From the human T2T-CHM13v2.0 reference genome, Homo sapiens, in assembly GCF_009914755.1 (NCBI RefSeq), contig NC_060925.1: 64,000 nt of DNA. One strand, written 5' to 3'. Position numbers and translations under genes: made by a program. The first letter of the stretch is position 1, and each line of letters starts with the position of its first letter. Of the stretch, positions 35,086 through 50,337 are shown one piece after another. The notes under the pieces are model-generated. The model saw nothing but the letters and a program-made list of their open reading frames with translations. It had not been told where the DNA came from and made no database searches.

Positions 35086-35325
<240 letters not shown>

Positions 35326-35701
35326 TAGTAGAGACGGGGTTTCACCATGTTAGCCAGGATGGTCTCCATCTCCTGACCTCGTGATCCGCCCGCCTCGGCC
35401 TCCCAAAGTGCTGGGATTACAGGCATGAGCCACTGCGCCCGACCCTGCCTGGATTATTTTGGGCATTATCTACTAATTTCTTCTATTTGTGACCCATTAA
35501 AATCTGTTCTCCACGCAGCAGCGAGCATGTATCATTGCAGTTTGTGGTATTTTGAAACATAATTATGCTCCTATTTTATGCTCTAAACACTCCAGTGGCT
35601 GCCCTCATTACCCAGAGGAAAACCAAAATCCTTACTTTGATTGCAAGGCCCTGTCCATTCAGCTGTGTTTCTGACCTGATCTACCAACAGCTCATTGGTA
35701 A

Positions 35702-35839
<138 letters not shown>

Positions 35840-36039
35840 TGAGTAGCTGGGATTACAGGCACCAGCCACCTCGCCAGGCTAATTTTTTGTGTTTTTAGTA
35901 AAGACGGGGTTTCTCCATGTTGGTCAGGCTGGTCTTGAACTCCCGACCTCAGGTGATCTGCCCGCCTCGGCCTCCCAAAGTGGTGGGATTACAGGTGTGA
36001 GCCACCACGCTTGGCCAACATTGCAGACATTCTTATTTT

Positions 36040-36335
36040 TGTCTCTTCCTCAGACAGTCAGGCATGTTTCCTCCCCAGGGTCTTTGCATTTGCTGTTTCC
36101 TCAGATAAGGCCCAGTATACTCTTTTTCTTCCGTCTCTGCTCAGCTGTCTCATGAGAGAGGCCTTCCCTTAATGCGTGATATAAAATTGTATAACTTTTA
36201 CTCCTCCAGGTGCCCTCATCTGCTCACTAGAATGTCAGTTCCAGGCATGAAGGGACTTTTAAATTATTGAACCTCCAGTGTTTAGAATAGTGCCTGGCAT
36301 GTAGTCAGTACTTAATAAATTATTTGTTGAATAAG
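36040..36335. mobile_element. L2 3' end fragment
   Basis: CAGGGTCTTTGCATTTGCTGTTTCCTC...TAGAATAGTGCCTGGCATGTAGT...AATAAATTATTTGTTGAAT. Confidence 0.7.
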
Positions 36336-36731
36336 TGGACAATTAGTAATGTGTAGAAGGGAAGAGGGTCTATTGTGGAGTCTCGTTGCTAATACACTGC
36401 TGTTTGGCCAAAGGAGGTTCAGGAGATAGAGGCTGACAAGTATGCCTGTGGCTGGCCAGATGACATGCAGGACAGGCTAGGCAGGAGGAGGGCAACTGTG
36501 GTGGCAGGGGGTGACTCAGGGTTTCAGGTGTCTCTTCGCTGTCACAGAGTAACTAAAGGCCAGAGCCTCAGATTTGCTTATTCACTCATCGCAACAATGG
36601 GGAATTGAAGACTTGTTGGAATGATAAAATTCTTGCCAATATCCAAGAAGAGGTTAATTAATAGGAAATATGATGGAGTAATAAAATGGGAGATTTATGT
36701 GTGTGTACTTTTGCCATCTGGTTAGAATTAG

Positions 36732-36995
<264 letters not shown>

Positions 36996-38301
36996 TGATC
37001 CGCCCGCCTCGGCCTCCCAAAGTGCTGGGATTACAGGCATGAGCCACCACGCCCGGCTTGGAATAGGTTGTTTTTTAAATTCAACATGTTACAGCATAAG
37101 AGCAGTTTGCAGTCCTGTAGCAGACATGGGATTTCCCTCACTAGCTAGGCAGAGCTGACTGATGTGAGCCCTCTGTGCCTCTGGAGTGAGGAATCAGGGG
37201 AAGAAGTTTTGGCTGATGTAACCTAGGCTGAATTAGAAGAATACATAGCGAGAAGACATGAAAAAGTATTTTGAGTGAGTTTTTTAAAGTGCTATATTTG
37301 TACTTACATTAATAAAGAAACACATACCGACATTGTTATTTGGTAAAGGATCTGAATACTAAGCCTCATCTGGATAAAACAGTATTATCCTGTTAGTAAT
37401 TTTTTTTTTTCTTGAGGCGAAGTCTCACTCTGTCCCCCAGGCTGGAGTACAGTGGCGCGATCTCGGCTCACCGCAAGCTCCACCTCCTGGGTTCACGCCA
37501 CTCTCCCACCTCAGCCTCCTGAGTAGCTGAGACTACAGGTGCCTGCTGCCACGCCTGGCTAATTTTGTTTTTGTATTTTTACTAGAGACGGGATTCCACC
37601 ATATTAGCCAGGATGATCTCGATCTCCTGACCTCGTGATCCGCCCGCCTTGGCCTCCCAAAGTGCTGGGATTATAGGCGTGAGCCACTGCCCCTGTAATA
37701 AGAATAACAACAAAGTTTTGATAAGGCAGGAGTGAGGACATCTAATTACCTACATGAGCTTGCTGGTCTTGGAACTTGTTTTTCCTGTTTGTTTTGGAAA
37801 ACGCTGGACATAGCTTTGATGTATGACCATGTTCATAGATCTGGGAATAGACAACTGGAGCAGAAGGGAATTTTTGTGCTTTTATGGGTAGGTACGGAGA
37901 GTTACTTTACCTTGAAATGCATTTGTTAAATTCATTTTAATATACTTCTGTTCATTGCTTTCTTATTTTAAACATCTGATTTTTGTCAGGTTCACCAGGT
38001 TGAGTTTTGTGGAGCTTGTGAATTAGTCTTGCATAATGAAAACCTTAGCACCTGAAATATTGCCAGTGAAAGTATCAGGTTACAGTAAGGAAGGCTTTTG
38101 CTTTCCATACTGTAGGAGGTTAGATGAATGAAAACCTGTCAGACAGAGGCAGACCATCTCATACTTTGAGAGAAAAGCTTGGGTCCTTTTGGAGTAAAGC
38201 TGAGGGCTAAAGTAGGGTTTGTGTTTATAGATTTTGAGCATCAGTAACAGAATCTGCATTTGGGTAGCCATTTTATCACTACTTATTTTCTCTCATTTCA
38301 G

Positions 38302-38404
38302 AAGTGTATGCTGACTTGTAAAGTGAAGAAGCCAGTGGTGCTGCGGGTGTTCTTTTGGGGTAGTGTCTGGGATCCAGTACGAGTTGAATCATTGTTCAAA
38401 TAAG
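38302..38404 (+). other. THRAP3: THRAP3 exon 2 (5'UTR, 103 nt)
   Basis: Acceptor TTTTCTCTCATTTCAG| at 38301 and donor AAG|GTAAAA at 38404/38405. Unique, CpG-retaining sequence consistent with my recollection of the THRAP3 mRNA leader. Confidence 0.8.
38308..38403 (+). CDS. Putative upstream ORF, 31 aa: MLTCKVKKPVVLRVFFWGSVWDPVRVESLFK
   Basis: ATG 38308-38310 to TAA 38401-38403, open frame inside exon 2. Weak Kozak context (TGTATGC). Translation is not demonstrated. Confidence 0.5.
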   Translation: MLTCKVKKPVVLRVFFWGSVWDPVRVESLFK

Positions 38405-38520
38405 GTAAAAGCATGGTGGTAAAAGAAACTAATAACTTCACTAATTTGTAAAACCAATCTTACGTTAAGAATTGATTATTTCGAGACCAGCCTATGCAAC
38501 ATGGTGAGATCCTGTCTCTA

Positions 38521-38715
<195 letters not shown>

Positions 38716-39554
38716 TTATCCAGATGATTCGTTAATGGAAGTTCTGGGTTCTTATGAAACAGTATTCGTTTGAAAAAGGCTGTCGGTAAACTTGACATCT
38801 GTAATCATTAATATTTTGGGAAGCAGTCCCTTTTCATGCTTATGTTACTTGGATATATACTTGTTTTAATTAAAATTGGGGGCCAGGCGTGGTGGCTCCT
38901 GACTGTAATCCCAGCACTTTGGGAGGCCAAGGCAGGTGATCACTTGAGGTCAAGAGTTCGAGACCAGCCTGGCCAACATAGTGAAACCCCGTCTCTACTA
39001 AAAATACAAAAATTAGCCAGGCATGGTGGCAGGCACCTGTAATCCCAGCTACTTGGGAGGCTGAGGCAGGAGAATCACTTCAATGCAGAAGGTAGAGGTT
39101 ACAGTGAGCCGAGATCTTGCCACTGCCCTCCAGCCTGGGCAACAGAGCAAGACCTTGTCTCAGAAAAACAAAAACAAACAAAAGCTGTATATATTTGCAA
39201 AAACACTATAGTAGACATACCAGACCATCAGCTCCCTAGGGCTTTTTATGAAAAACAGCAGTCCTTCCCCACTCCCCTTCCCAGCCCCTTAGAAGCAGTC
39301 ATTTTCAACTCTCCAGTTCCTTTTGGTATATCTCTCTAAATAATAAGCCTCTTTTGCTTTACAGTGTTTGTTATTATTTATTAACTTCACTCCTTAAATA
39401 GTGGTCGTTTTTGGTAGGCTTACCTGACCACCTCACATGCCAACATTAATTGTCACTCTGGGGCCAGGCACCTGGCTCACGCCTGTAATCTCAGCACTTT
39501 GGGAGGCCGAGGCGGGCGGATCACAAGGTCAGGAGATCGAGACCATCCTGGCTA

Positions 39555-39732
<178 letters not shown>

Positions 39733-40234
39733 CTACGTCTCAAAAAAAAAAAAAAAAAAAGGCACTCTGGTTATAATATAATTTTAGTCATGGCAGTATC
39801 ATGGTTTACAACATTATTATGATTACGTAGCGCTTATTCACAGCCCAGTCATTTTACATGTTGTGTTTACTTTTCCTTTTTTGTACAACTATTTGTTTTC
39901 TGTTTTTAATAATCTTTTTGTCTATTTTGCTTAGTTTCTATGTCTTTATCAGTAATTTCTCCCTAAACTCTAACCATAAGTGTAAATCTTCCACAATACA
40001 TTTAAGCATTTTGGCTATATTATAAATTTTATCTTGGGCTAAGCGCAGTAGCTCACACCTGTAAGCGAAGCACTTTGGGAGGCCGAGGAGGGCAGATCAC
40101 TTGAGGCCAGGAGTTCGAGACCAGCTGGCCAACATGGTAAAACCCCATCTCTACTAAAAATACAAAAATTAGGCCGGGTGCGGTGGCTCACGCCTGTAAT
40201 CCCAGCACTTTGGGAGGCCAAGGCGGGCAGATCA

Positions 40235-40540
<306 letters not shown>

Positions 40541-40939
40541 CTACACTGATCACATGTATCTGGACTAAGTTCTGGTTGAGTGTGTGGATCTACCTGAGGT
40601 GGAGTTGGTGTCTCTAGATAGCTTCGAGTAGTATTTTAAATAATTTTAAGTGGAAGCAACCGGTCGGGTTCTCCTTGATTTCTTTTGTAAACTTAGATGA
40701 TTAGTATGATCCAAAATGGTAGTAGATCTTTAAATCATTTTTGGTCTCTTACGTAGAGTTGTGTTTGTATTTAAGACATCTCCGCTGCTCCCCCAAACTC
40801 ATGTGGAGAGTTACTGCAACAGGAAAGGCTTAGTGGGTAGAGACTAGAAATGGCAAGTATAAATGACAAATCTAAAAGTGACTGGACAGTACTAGATTGG
40901 GTTCTCAATTTGAAGATATAATCATCGTTGTTCTCAAGG

Positions 40940-41228
40940 ACAGTGCTGCTCAAAAGAAGAATGTGAGCCACATGTCATTTAATACATTTTAGTAGTCACA
41001 TTTAAAAAAACAGATGAAATAAATTTGAACGATATGTTTTATATAATTCAATATATCCAGTACATTCTTATTTCAACATATAAGTGATATAAAGAATGGT
41101 GAGATATTTTACTTTCTGTTTATACCAAGCCTTAGAAATCCCATGTTTATTTTATACCTGTAGCTCATCTCAGTTCAGATCAGCCACATTTCACGTGCTG
41201 AGTCTACATATGTATTGGATGGTACAGT
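40940..41228. mobile_element. MER33-like hAT MITE
   Basis: CAGTGCTG...GTGAGCCACATG...TAGTAGTCACATTTAAAA...AGCCACATTTCACGTGCT...TATTGGATGGTACAG. Confidence 0.7.
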
Positions 41229-41972
41229 TCTAAGAGTTCATACTTCTGAAGGAACAGATAAACTAGTATGATTAAGTTAATGAATGATGGCCTGCCACAT
41301 TCCAAACATAATACAAAACAGTGATATAGTAATATAAAACAAAATAAATCTAACACACACGTTTTTTTCCTCCTCTAAACCTCCATGTGATCATCTTTGG
41401 GAAGATGATTTGATCTTAAAAAGACCATTGTCTGTAAAAGCTGTCAAACAGCTTATTTCTCCTACTGTAGTTCTATCCAGGCTTTATGTAGAACTCTTTG
41501 TAAACAGTGGATGTCTGTATATCAGTATGGGGGTGATCTGCAAAGAATGTCCATGGCCCACTGGCTCTGAATCCCATTCTCAGTTTCTTCAATTAGAATC
41601 TTGATGGATGGATATTTTTTTAAAGTTCTGTAGGTGATTACAGTATTTATCAGTGTTTAGCCCAAGGCTTTAATAGTAATGCTTCTATTTTATTTTATTT
41701 TATTTTATTTATTTATTATTATTATTTTTTTTGAGATGAAGTCTTGCTCTGTCTCCCAGGCTGGAGTGCAGTGGCGCGATCTCGGCTCACTACAAGTCCA
41801 CCTCCCGGGGTCACGCCATTCTCCTGCCTCAGCCTGCCAAGTAGCTGGGACTACAGGCGCCCGCCACCAGGGCCGGCTAATTTTTTTTTTTTTTTTTTTT
41901 TTTTTTGTATTTTCAGTAGAGATGGGGTTTCACTGTGTTAGCCAGGATGGTCTCTATCTCCTGACCTCGTGA

Positions 41973-42146
<174 letters not shown>

Positions 42147-42149
42147 TGA

Positions 42150-42377
<228 letters not shown>

Positions 42378-43724
42378 TAGAAAAGATTTATCATAATGAG
42401 AGCTGGAAGGAAACCACAGGTCGTTAGTTAATATAGATTATAGTGTCTTTATTAAGTTAGGAAAGCTGAGAATTTCTCTTAAGAATTGAGAAGAAAATAT
42501 TCCCCAATGGTAACATACTCATTTAAAATGGGGGCTAAAATTACTGTTACTGTCCCTGAGAGACATAGGAGAGGAGCCTCTGGGGTGAATTGAATATTTT
42601 TTTTAAGCCGCCAGCTGTGCTATTCATTTTGTTTCCCCAATGATTAATTGCATAGATGATCCTGAGCTTAATAGACACGCATTGACTGAATTCTCAGAGG
42701 AGTATCTCAAGTTGCTTACACTGGGGATGTTTTGATGAAAAAGTTCTAAGTGAACTTTTAGCTTGCTGTTGATTTTCCCTGCTAACATCCAGCATCGAAG
42801 AGATTTGTCTTCCAAAGGTGAATGTGACCTTTTGACTTAGGTCTTTCTTGATAATACGACCTTTCCTTCTAGCACACCTCTTCAGTGTGACACATGCTAA
42901 TTTAGCCAGGAAAGATATAAAATGCTTTATTGCTGTGTAGGAAGATACCTGATCACTTATTACTTGTAGGCAGATTTGGTTTTTGTTTGTTTGTTTTTTT
43001 GAGACGGAGTCTCGCTCTGTCGCCCAGGCTGGAGTGCAGTGGCGCAGTCTCAGCTCACTGCAAGCTCTGCCTCCCAGGTTCACGCCATTCTCCTTCTTGT
43101 AGGCAGGTTTTAATAAATAGCAAGAAAATAGAATCAGTTATGAAATCTGTTTACTCCCAGGGAAGTTCCTAAATCTCTCCCTCCAACCACTCTGGTTCTG
43201 TGGCTAAACATAGTTTAAGGTGTTTACTCACTTGTGTGTCAGGCACTGTGTATGTGCTTCCTTAATTCTCCTGGCAGTCCTGTAAGGTGTAGGTCACATT
43301 TGGAAGATGGAGAGAGTTAAGTATTTTGTCCAGGAATGGGTGGCAGAGCCAAGATTGAACCCAGTTCGTTTTTGCTACCAAAGCCTCTACTTACTGCCGA
43401 ACCTGGCCCAGTATTACAAAGTGACTTGTCCATTTAGGACTGAGCATTTTAGAATGATAATTTGCTTTAGTGTATTTCCTCACCTAACACCCACCTTAGT
43501 GCCCCTCTTGAAGTAACACTGTATTATGGACATATGGACAGCCCAGAATGGAACGTGGATTCTAGTCTCAGTTGCTTATTGTGTGTTGAGATTATGCGCA
43601 GATTTGCTAGTTACCTATCTCTTTTGGTCTTAACTGTGAAATATTGGTAACATTACCTTTATCTTTTTTTTTAATATCTATTTGAGAATAGTTGAAGATT
43701 TATTGAAAATTGTGAAGATATACA

Positions 43725-44067
43725 GAGTTTATATTTGCTAGGGCTGCTATAATAAAGTACCACAAATGGAGGCTTCAACAACAGCAGTTCTATTGTCTCA
43801 CAGCTCTGGAGGCTAGAAATTCAAAATCAAGGTGTCGGCAGGATTGGTTCTTCTAGAGAGCCATGACAGAAGGATCTGTTCCAGGCCCCTCTCCTTGGCT
43901 TCCCTGTGTCTCCGCATATCAGGTTCCAAATTTCCCCTTTTTATAAGCATCGTATACCTCACTAAAGACCCTTAACTTCAAATGAGGTTACATTCTGAGG
44001 TACTAGGGGTTAGGACTTCCCATATATGATTTGGATGGGTAGATGGGTCACAACTGGACCCATAACA
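43725..44067. mobile_element. MLT1 (MaLR) solo LTR inserted in an L1M 3' fragment
   Basis: TGCTAGGGCTGCTATAATAAAGTACCACA...CTCACAGCTCTGGAGGCTAGAA...CACAACTGGACCCATAACA. Confidence 0.75.
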
Positions 44068-44584
44068 GTTCCTATGTACCCCATGCCCAGTTTCCACTGT
44101 AAATAACATCTTACATTAGTATGGTACATTTGTCCCAATTAATGAACCAGTATGAAACTTTATTATTAACTAAAGTATCATCCTTGTTATGAGCACATAA
44201 GAAAACTTTAGTTCAAAGAGAAGCAACTTGGAAAAGGTCTTACTAGTAATCTTTTTGACTTTACTCTGGTGCCTTTTTACACTGTTAACCAATACAAACG
44301 AAAACCTCCAAAGTCACAGTATGAGCCTGAAAAGATTAAAAAATAATTTTCTACTTACAGTTAGGTGTACAAGACAGGAAACTTTTTTTTTTTTTTTTTT
44401 TTTGCTGCATCTAGTGCACATGGCATGCATGGCACAGTAAGTGTTCAGTAAATCTTGATAAGATGAGCAGAAGAATGCCCTTGGTACTTGTTGGGCCATA
44501 TTTTTGAAGCATAAACTCCAATTTTACCAAATAACTGTAAAGTATAGCAATTGTGAAATCTGCTTTAATGAGAAAGGAAAAATT

Positions 44585-44766
44585 ATTTATTTTTTAAATT
44601 TTAAGTTCTAGGATACATGTGCAGAAAGTGCAGGTTTGTTACATAGGTATACATGTGCCATGGTGGTTTGCTGTACATATCAACCCGTCATCTAGGTTTT
44701 AAGCCCCGCATGCATTAGCTGTTTGTCCTAATCTAATGCTCCCCATCCCTTTGCCCCCTACCCCCT
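44585..44766 (-). mobile_element. L1PA 3' end, heavily 5'-truncated
   Basis: TTTTAAGTTCTAGGATACATGTGCAG...GCAGGTTTGTTACATAGGTATACATGTGCCATGGTGGTTTGCTG, flanked by AAAAATTATTT on both sides. Confidence 0.85.
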
Positions 44767-44780
44767 AAAAATTATTTTTA

Positions 44781-45131
<351 letters not shown>

Positions 45132-45771
45132 TCAGGAGGCTGAGGTGGGAGGATTGCTTGAGCCCAAGATGCAGAGGTTGCAGTCACCTCTGCAGTAAGA
45201 TTGAGCTACTGCACTCCAGCCTGGGCAACAGAGCCAGACTCTGTCTCAAAAATGACAAACAACAACAACAACAAACAAGAAAAATTCCAGTTCCTGTGTG
45301 GAAATCATCCTTGAGATAAGCAGTGCCCCTCTGCCTGCTGTATTTTGGAACCCATGGAAAATACATTTCTCATTGAATTTTCTCCACCTCTCTAAGTTAC
45401 TGAGAAGTAATGTGGTCCTGTTCCTTTAAAAAGTAAATGATGGAAGGAGTGGAATTTGCCATATGATATGAGCAGAAACTAATTCACTCGCTGAAAAGGG
45501 GGAAGGAAATGTGATCTCTTGCTGGTTCTGATGGAAAGAAGCCAGCAGCACAGTGTCCCTCACCCCAGTAGGATTCTGTAGCCAAGCTCTAACTTGCTCT
45601 GGAACCTCTCATTTCCAAGTGAGGTTGGTACTACCTGAATTTGCATTGTCTCAGATGCAAGTGATAAGTTTAAGTACAGTCAGAGAAGGTAGGTGGCCAA
45701 GTCCCTGGACAGTTGATACCTATTTTCAGGCAGATTGGCTTGTTGTAAAAAAGGAGTAGATTATAATACGA

Positions 45772-45775
45772 ATAT

Positions 45776-45818
<43 letters not shown>

Positions 45819-45821
45819 TTT
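45772..45821. repeat. (ATTT)n tetranucleotide repeat (Alu tail)
   Basis: Read directly from sequence. Confidence 0.95.
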
Positions 45822-45825
45822 TTGA

Positions 45826-46143
<318 letters not shown>

Positions 46144-47644
46144 TAATTTCAGAGTCACAGTGTATGTGTATGTGTGGGTGAGGGTGATTCTCCTTTAAAA
46201 GCAAAGTTTCTTTACCACCTAATTCCATTTTTTAGGACATGGCTGAAGTAGTAAAAAAGGAATGTTCCCCTCTATTCGTGTATAATTTTTAAGTTTTTTT
46301 GTCAGCAATACAGCTGTTCCGAATCATCATTTTACTGATGAAAAAATAGAGGTAAAAACACATGCACCAAATAAGAGTTTGTGGTTTATTCAGTAGGAGC
46401 CTTAGTTTTGGTAAATTTCTCTCATTTAGGGACCCTGAACACTTGTTTGGCAGCGGTTATGTTTTTCAGCTTCTTACCTACTAGTGTAGTGAGATCAGTT
46501 CCACCCAATTCCAGGGGTATTGATACTTTGTGGGGAGAAGAAAGAGGGAAGAAAGCAATTAGTAATAGTCAAACAGGAGGCCAGAGCAGATTCTTTTGTT
46601 ATTTGTTAACTGATACTAGGGCTTGAAAGGAGGTAAGTCAAGAAGAGGTAGGATGGGCTCCCTGCTGGATAGACGGGAGCCCATATTCCCCGCACCCACT
46701 CACAGAATACGGGGCATCCGGGGGCTTTCGGAGACTGAGTTCTGTTAGAAAAGGTCTGTTTTACAACTGGGAATCCAAAACATCCAAAGTGAATAGCAGT
46801 ACTTTTAGAAAGGAATTACCCTAGGCCGGGCACGGTGACTCACGCCTGTAATCCTAGTACTTTGGGAGGCCGAGGCAGATGGATCACTTGAGGCCAGGAG
46901 TTCAAGACCAGCCTGGCCAATATGGTGAAACCCCATCTCTACTGACAATACAAGAATTAGTTGGGTGTGGTAGCACGCAGCTGTAATCCCAGCTACTCGG
47001 GAGGCTGAGGCAGGAGAATCACTTGAACCCAAGAGGTGAAGATTGTAGTGAGCCGAGATCATGTGCCACTGTACTCCAGCCTGGGCAACAGTGCGAGACT
47101 CTGTCTCAAAAAAAAAAAGAAAGGAATTACCCTTTTTCTTGCACTGAAGGTGACAGAAAAAAGGTCAGCATCATTTTTTTTTTTCTGTGCAGTTTAGTAT
47201 GAATTTTCTGAGAATCAGATGACTCAGTGTGTTTTTTATCATCCAAAGAAATACTAGACTAGAAAAGGAAGAACAGAGATTGACATTTTGGACATTTTGG
47301 AGGGCTTGGAATTGAACCTCCATGGATAAGAGCCGGTCCAGTATTTGTTACATTGGCAGTGTTATACCAGGCTTGCCATTCCTTAATTGCTGTACTTTAA
47401 AGTACTTCAGAGGTTATTTTGGGGGAAACTGTTTTGTTTTTAAGGATAGACCCACCTTGCTGTGTCCTCCAGGCTGGAGTGCAACGACACAGTGGTAGCT
47501 CACCTGCAGCCTTGAACTTCTGGGCTCAAGCGATACTCCTGTCTCAGCTTCCATAGTACGAGGGACCATAGACACAAACCACTGTGCCCAGGAGAGAAAC
47601 TTCTTAATGACTACTTAGAAAAGTAATCCATGTGTCCAATATGA

Positions 47645-47954
<310 letters not shown>

Positions 47955-49493
47955 TAGTTTTTTAATCTGGAGAAAACAATACACAGAATTGGGTGTTTTG
48001 TCTTGGCAGTTACCTTGACAAGAGCTAAGGACCAAGTATTGTTTTTCCTGAGGGCATGGACTTTACTGGCATCCCTTAACCCTCCAATTTCTGAACACAC
48101 AGGAGTGTTTTTGCTGATTTTTGTTGGTGGTGATGGTGAAATTTGCCAGGCTGGTTCCACTGGTTCTGCAGATGCCAAACAAACAGTTGAAGCGAGCTCA
48201 CTTTTTTTTACAGTGGATTTCGGACACCATAGAGTTAGAAGCTGCAGCCTTTTGGGGTTGCTAATGAAAAAAAGTAGCTTACTATGTATTTTCTCCCCTC
48301 TCGTGATACTTTTCTCAGTGGTTATGAAGTATTCTCATGTCTAAAAACAAGTTGATGGAAGAGCCTCCACTGGGAATGACATTTTGGACTACTTCATGTC
48401 CTGTAATTGGGGGAGAGTTTAAGGTTGTACTTTGGAGTTTACTTTAGATGTGTTTGAGTTTGAATTAGAATGTTATTTGCTGTAACTGATTCTCTTTTTA
48501 GATGTATTTGCAGAGCACACACGTGGAAAAGCACATAACCCAGGCTGTTGTGCAGTGGAGCAATCATTGCTCACTGCAGCCTGGACCTGGGCCCAAGCCA
48601 TCCTCTTACCTCAGCCTCCCAAGTAGCTGGGACTGCAGGAGCTCACCATCATGCCCAGCTAATTTTTTTTTTTTTAAATCTTCTGTAGAGACAGGGTCTC
48701 ACTATGTTGCCCAGGCTGATTCGACATCCTGGGCTCAAGCAGTCCTACCCCTCAACCTCCCAAAGTGCTGGGATTACAGGTGTGAGCCACTGTTTACAGC
48801 TGCATGTCTCTTTTTTTAAATAAAGTCTTTTTTAAGGAGGAAAATACACAAAAGGAGCTGCAGAAACTGGCTTTATCTATCCACACTTGTTCGGATTTTG
48901 ACCAAGAATACAGTCTGCCTGCAGAGTATTGATAATGTTTGAAGCTGGATGATGGAAACACTTGGGTTCCCTATACTGTTCTTTCTACTTTTGTGTATGT
49001 TTGAATCAATACTTCTATAATAAAATAAACAGGCTGGGCACATTGGCTCATGCCTGTAATCCCAGCACTTTGGAAGGCTGAGGAGGGAGGACTCCTTGAA
49101 CCCAGGAGTTTGAAACCAGCTTGGGCAACATGGCGAGACCTTGTCTCTACAAAAAATACGAAAAGTTAGCCAGCTGTAGTGGCACATGCCGGTAGTCCCA
49201 GCTACTCAGGAGGCTGAGGTGGGAGGATCGGTTGAGCCAGCCAGGGAGGTTGAGGCTGCAGTGAGCTATAATCGAGCCACTGCACTCCAGTCTGAAACAA
49301 CAGAGTGAGACCCTGACACACACACACACGCACACAGGCACACGCACACGCACGCATGCCTGCTCTCGCAGCTATAAGACAGGCCCTTTTAAACCTTCTT
49401 TAAAGTCATAAAAAGGCAAAGTAGATTTACTGTGAGAAGATTTCCAAAATGGACATGGACTCTAAATAATTAAAAATACAGTTCTATTTGTTT

Positions 49494-49525
<32 letters not shown>

Positions 49526-49527
49526 GA

Positions 49528-49632
<105 letters not shown>

Positions 49633-50193
49633 TGAGTAGCTGGGATTACAGGCATGCCCCACCACGCCTAGCGAATTTTGTATTTTTAGTAGAGATGAGG
49701 TTTCTCCACGTTGGTCAGGCCGGTCTCCAACTCCCGACCTCAGGTGATCCGCCTGCCTCGGACTCCCAAAGTGCTGAGATTATTACAGGTGTGAGCCACT
49801 GCGCCCAGCCAGGTTTTTTTAATATCAGAAAAAAGCAGGTAGATGTTTGATTTCATATTAAAAATAAAATAATGTACACAACTCATGGAATGTTAACTTT
49901 TTTTTTAGAATAATGGGGGAGAAATCTCTGCCTAAAAAAATTAAAGTAAGAAGCAAGTGCTCCTGCCCTTTCTTCCCGTCTCATATCCCTCCTTCTCCTG
50001 TTCCCTTCCTGTTAGCTTCTTTCTGCTCTGCAGAAATAATCACTGATAACAGTTTGCTGTATGTCCTTATATAGATATGTCTTATATGTATGTCTGTAAC
50101 TACAGATTTCATATTTTTAAAGTAAGTTCTACCAAATTCCACAGAATTCAGTATTTAAAGTTTTAAGAATTTCAGTACCAAGTTCCAGGATAA

Positions 50194-50337
<144 letters not shown>

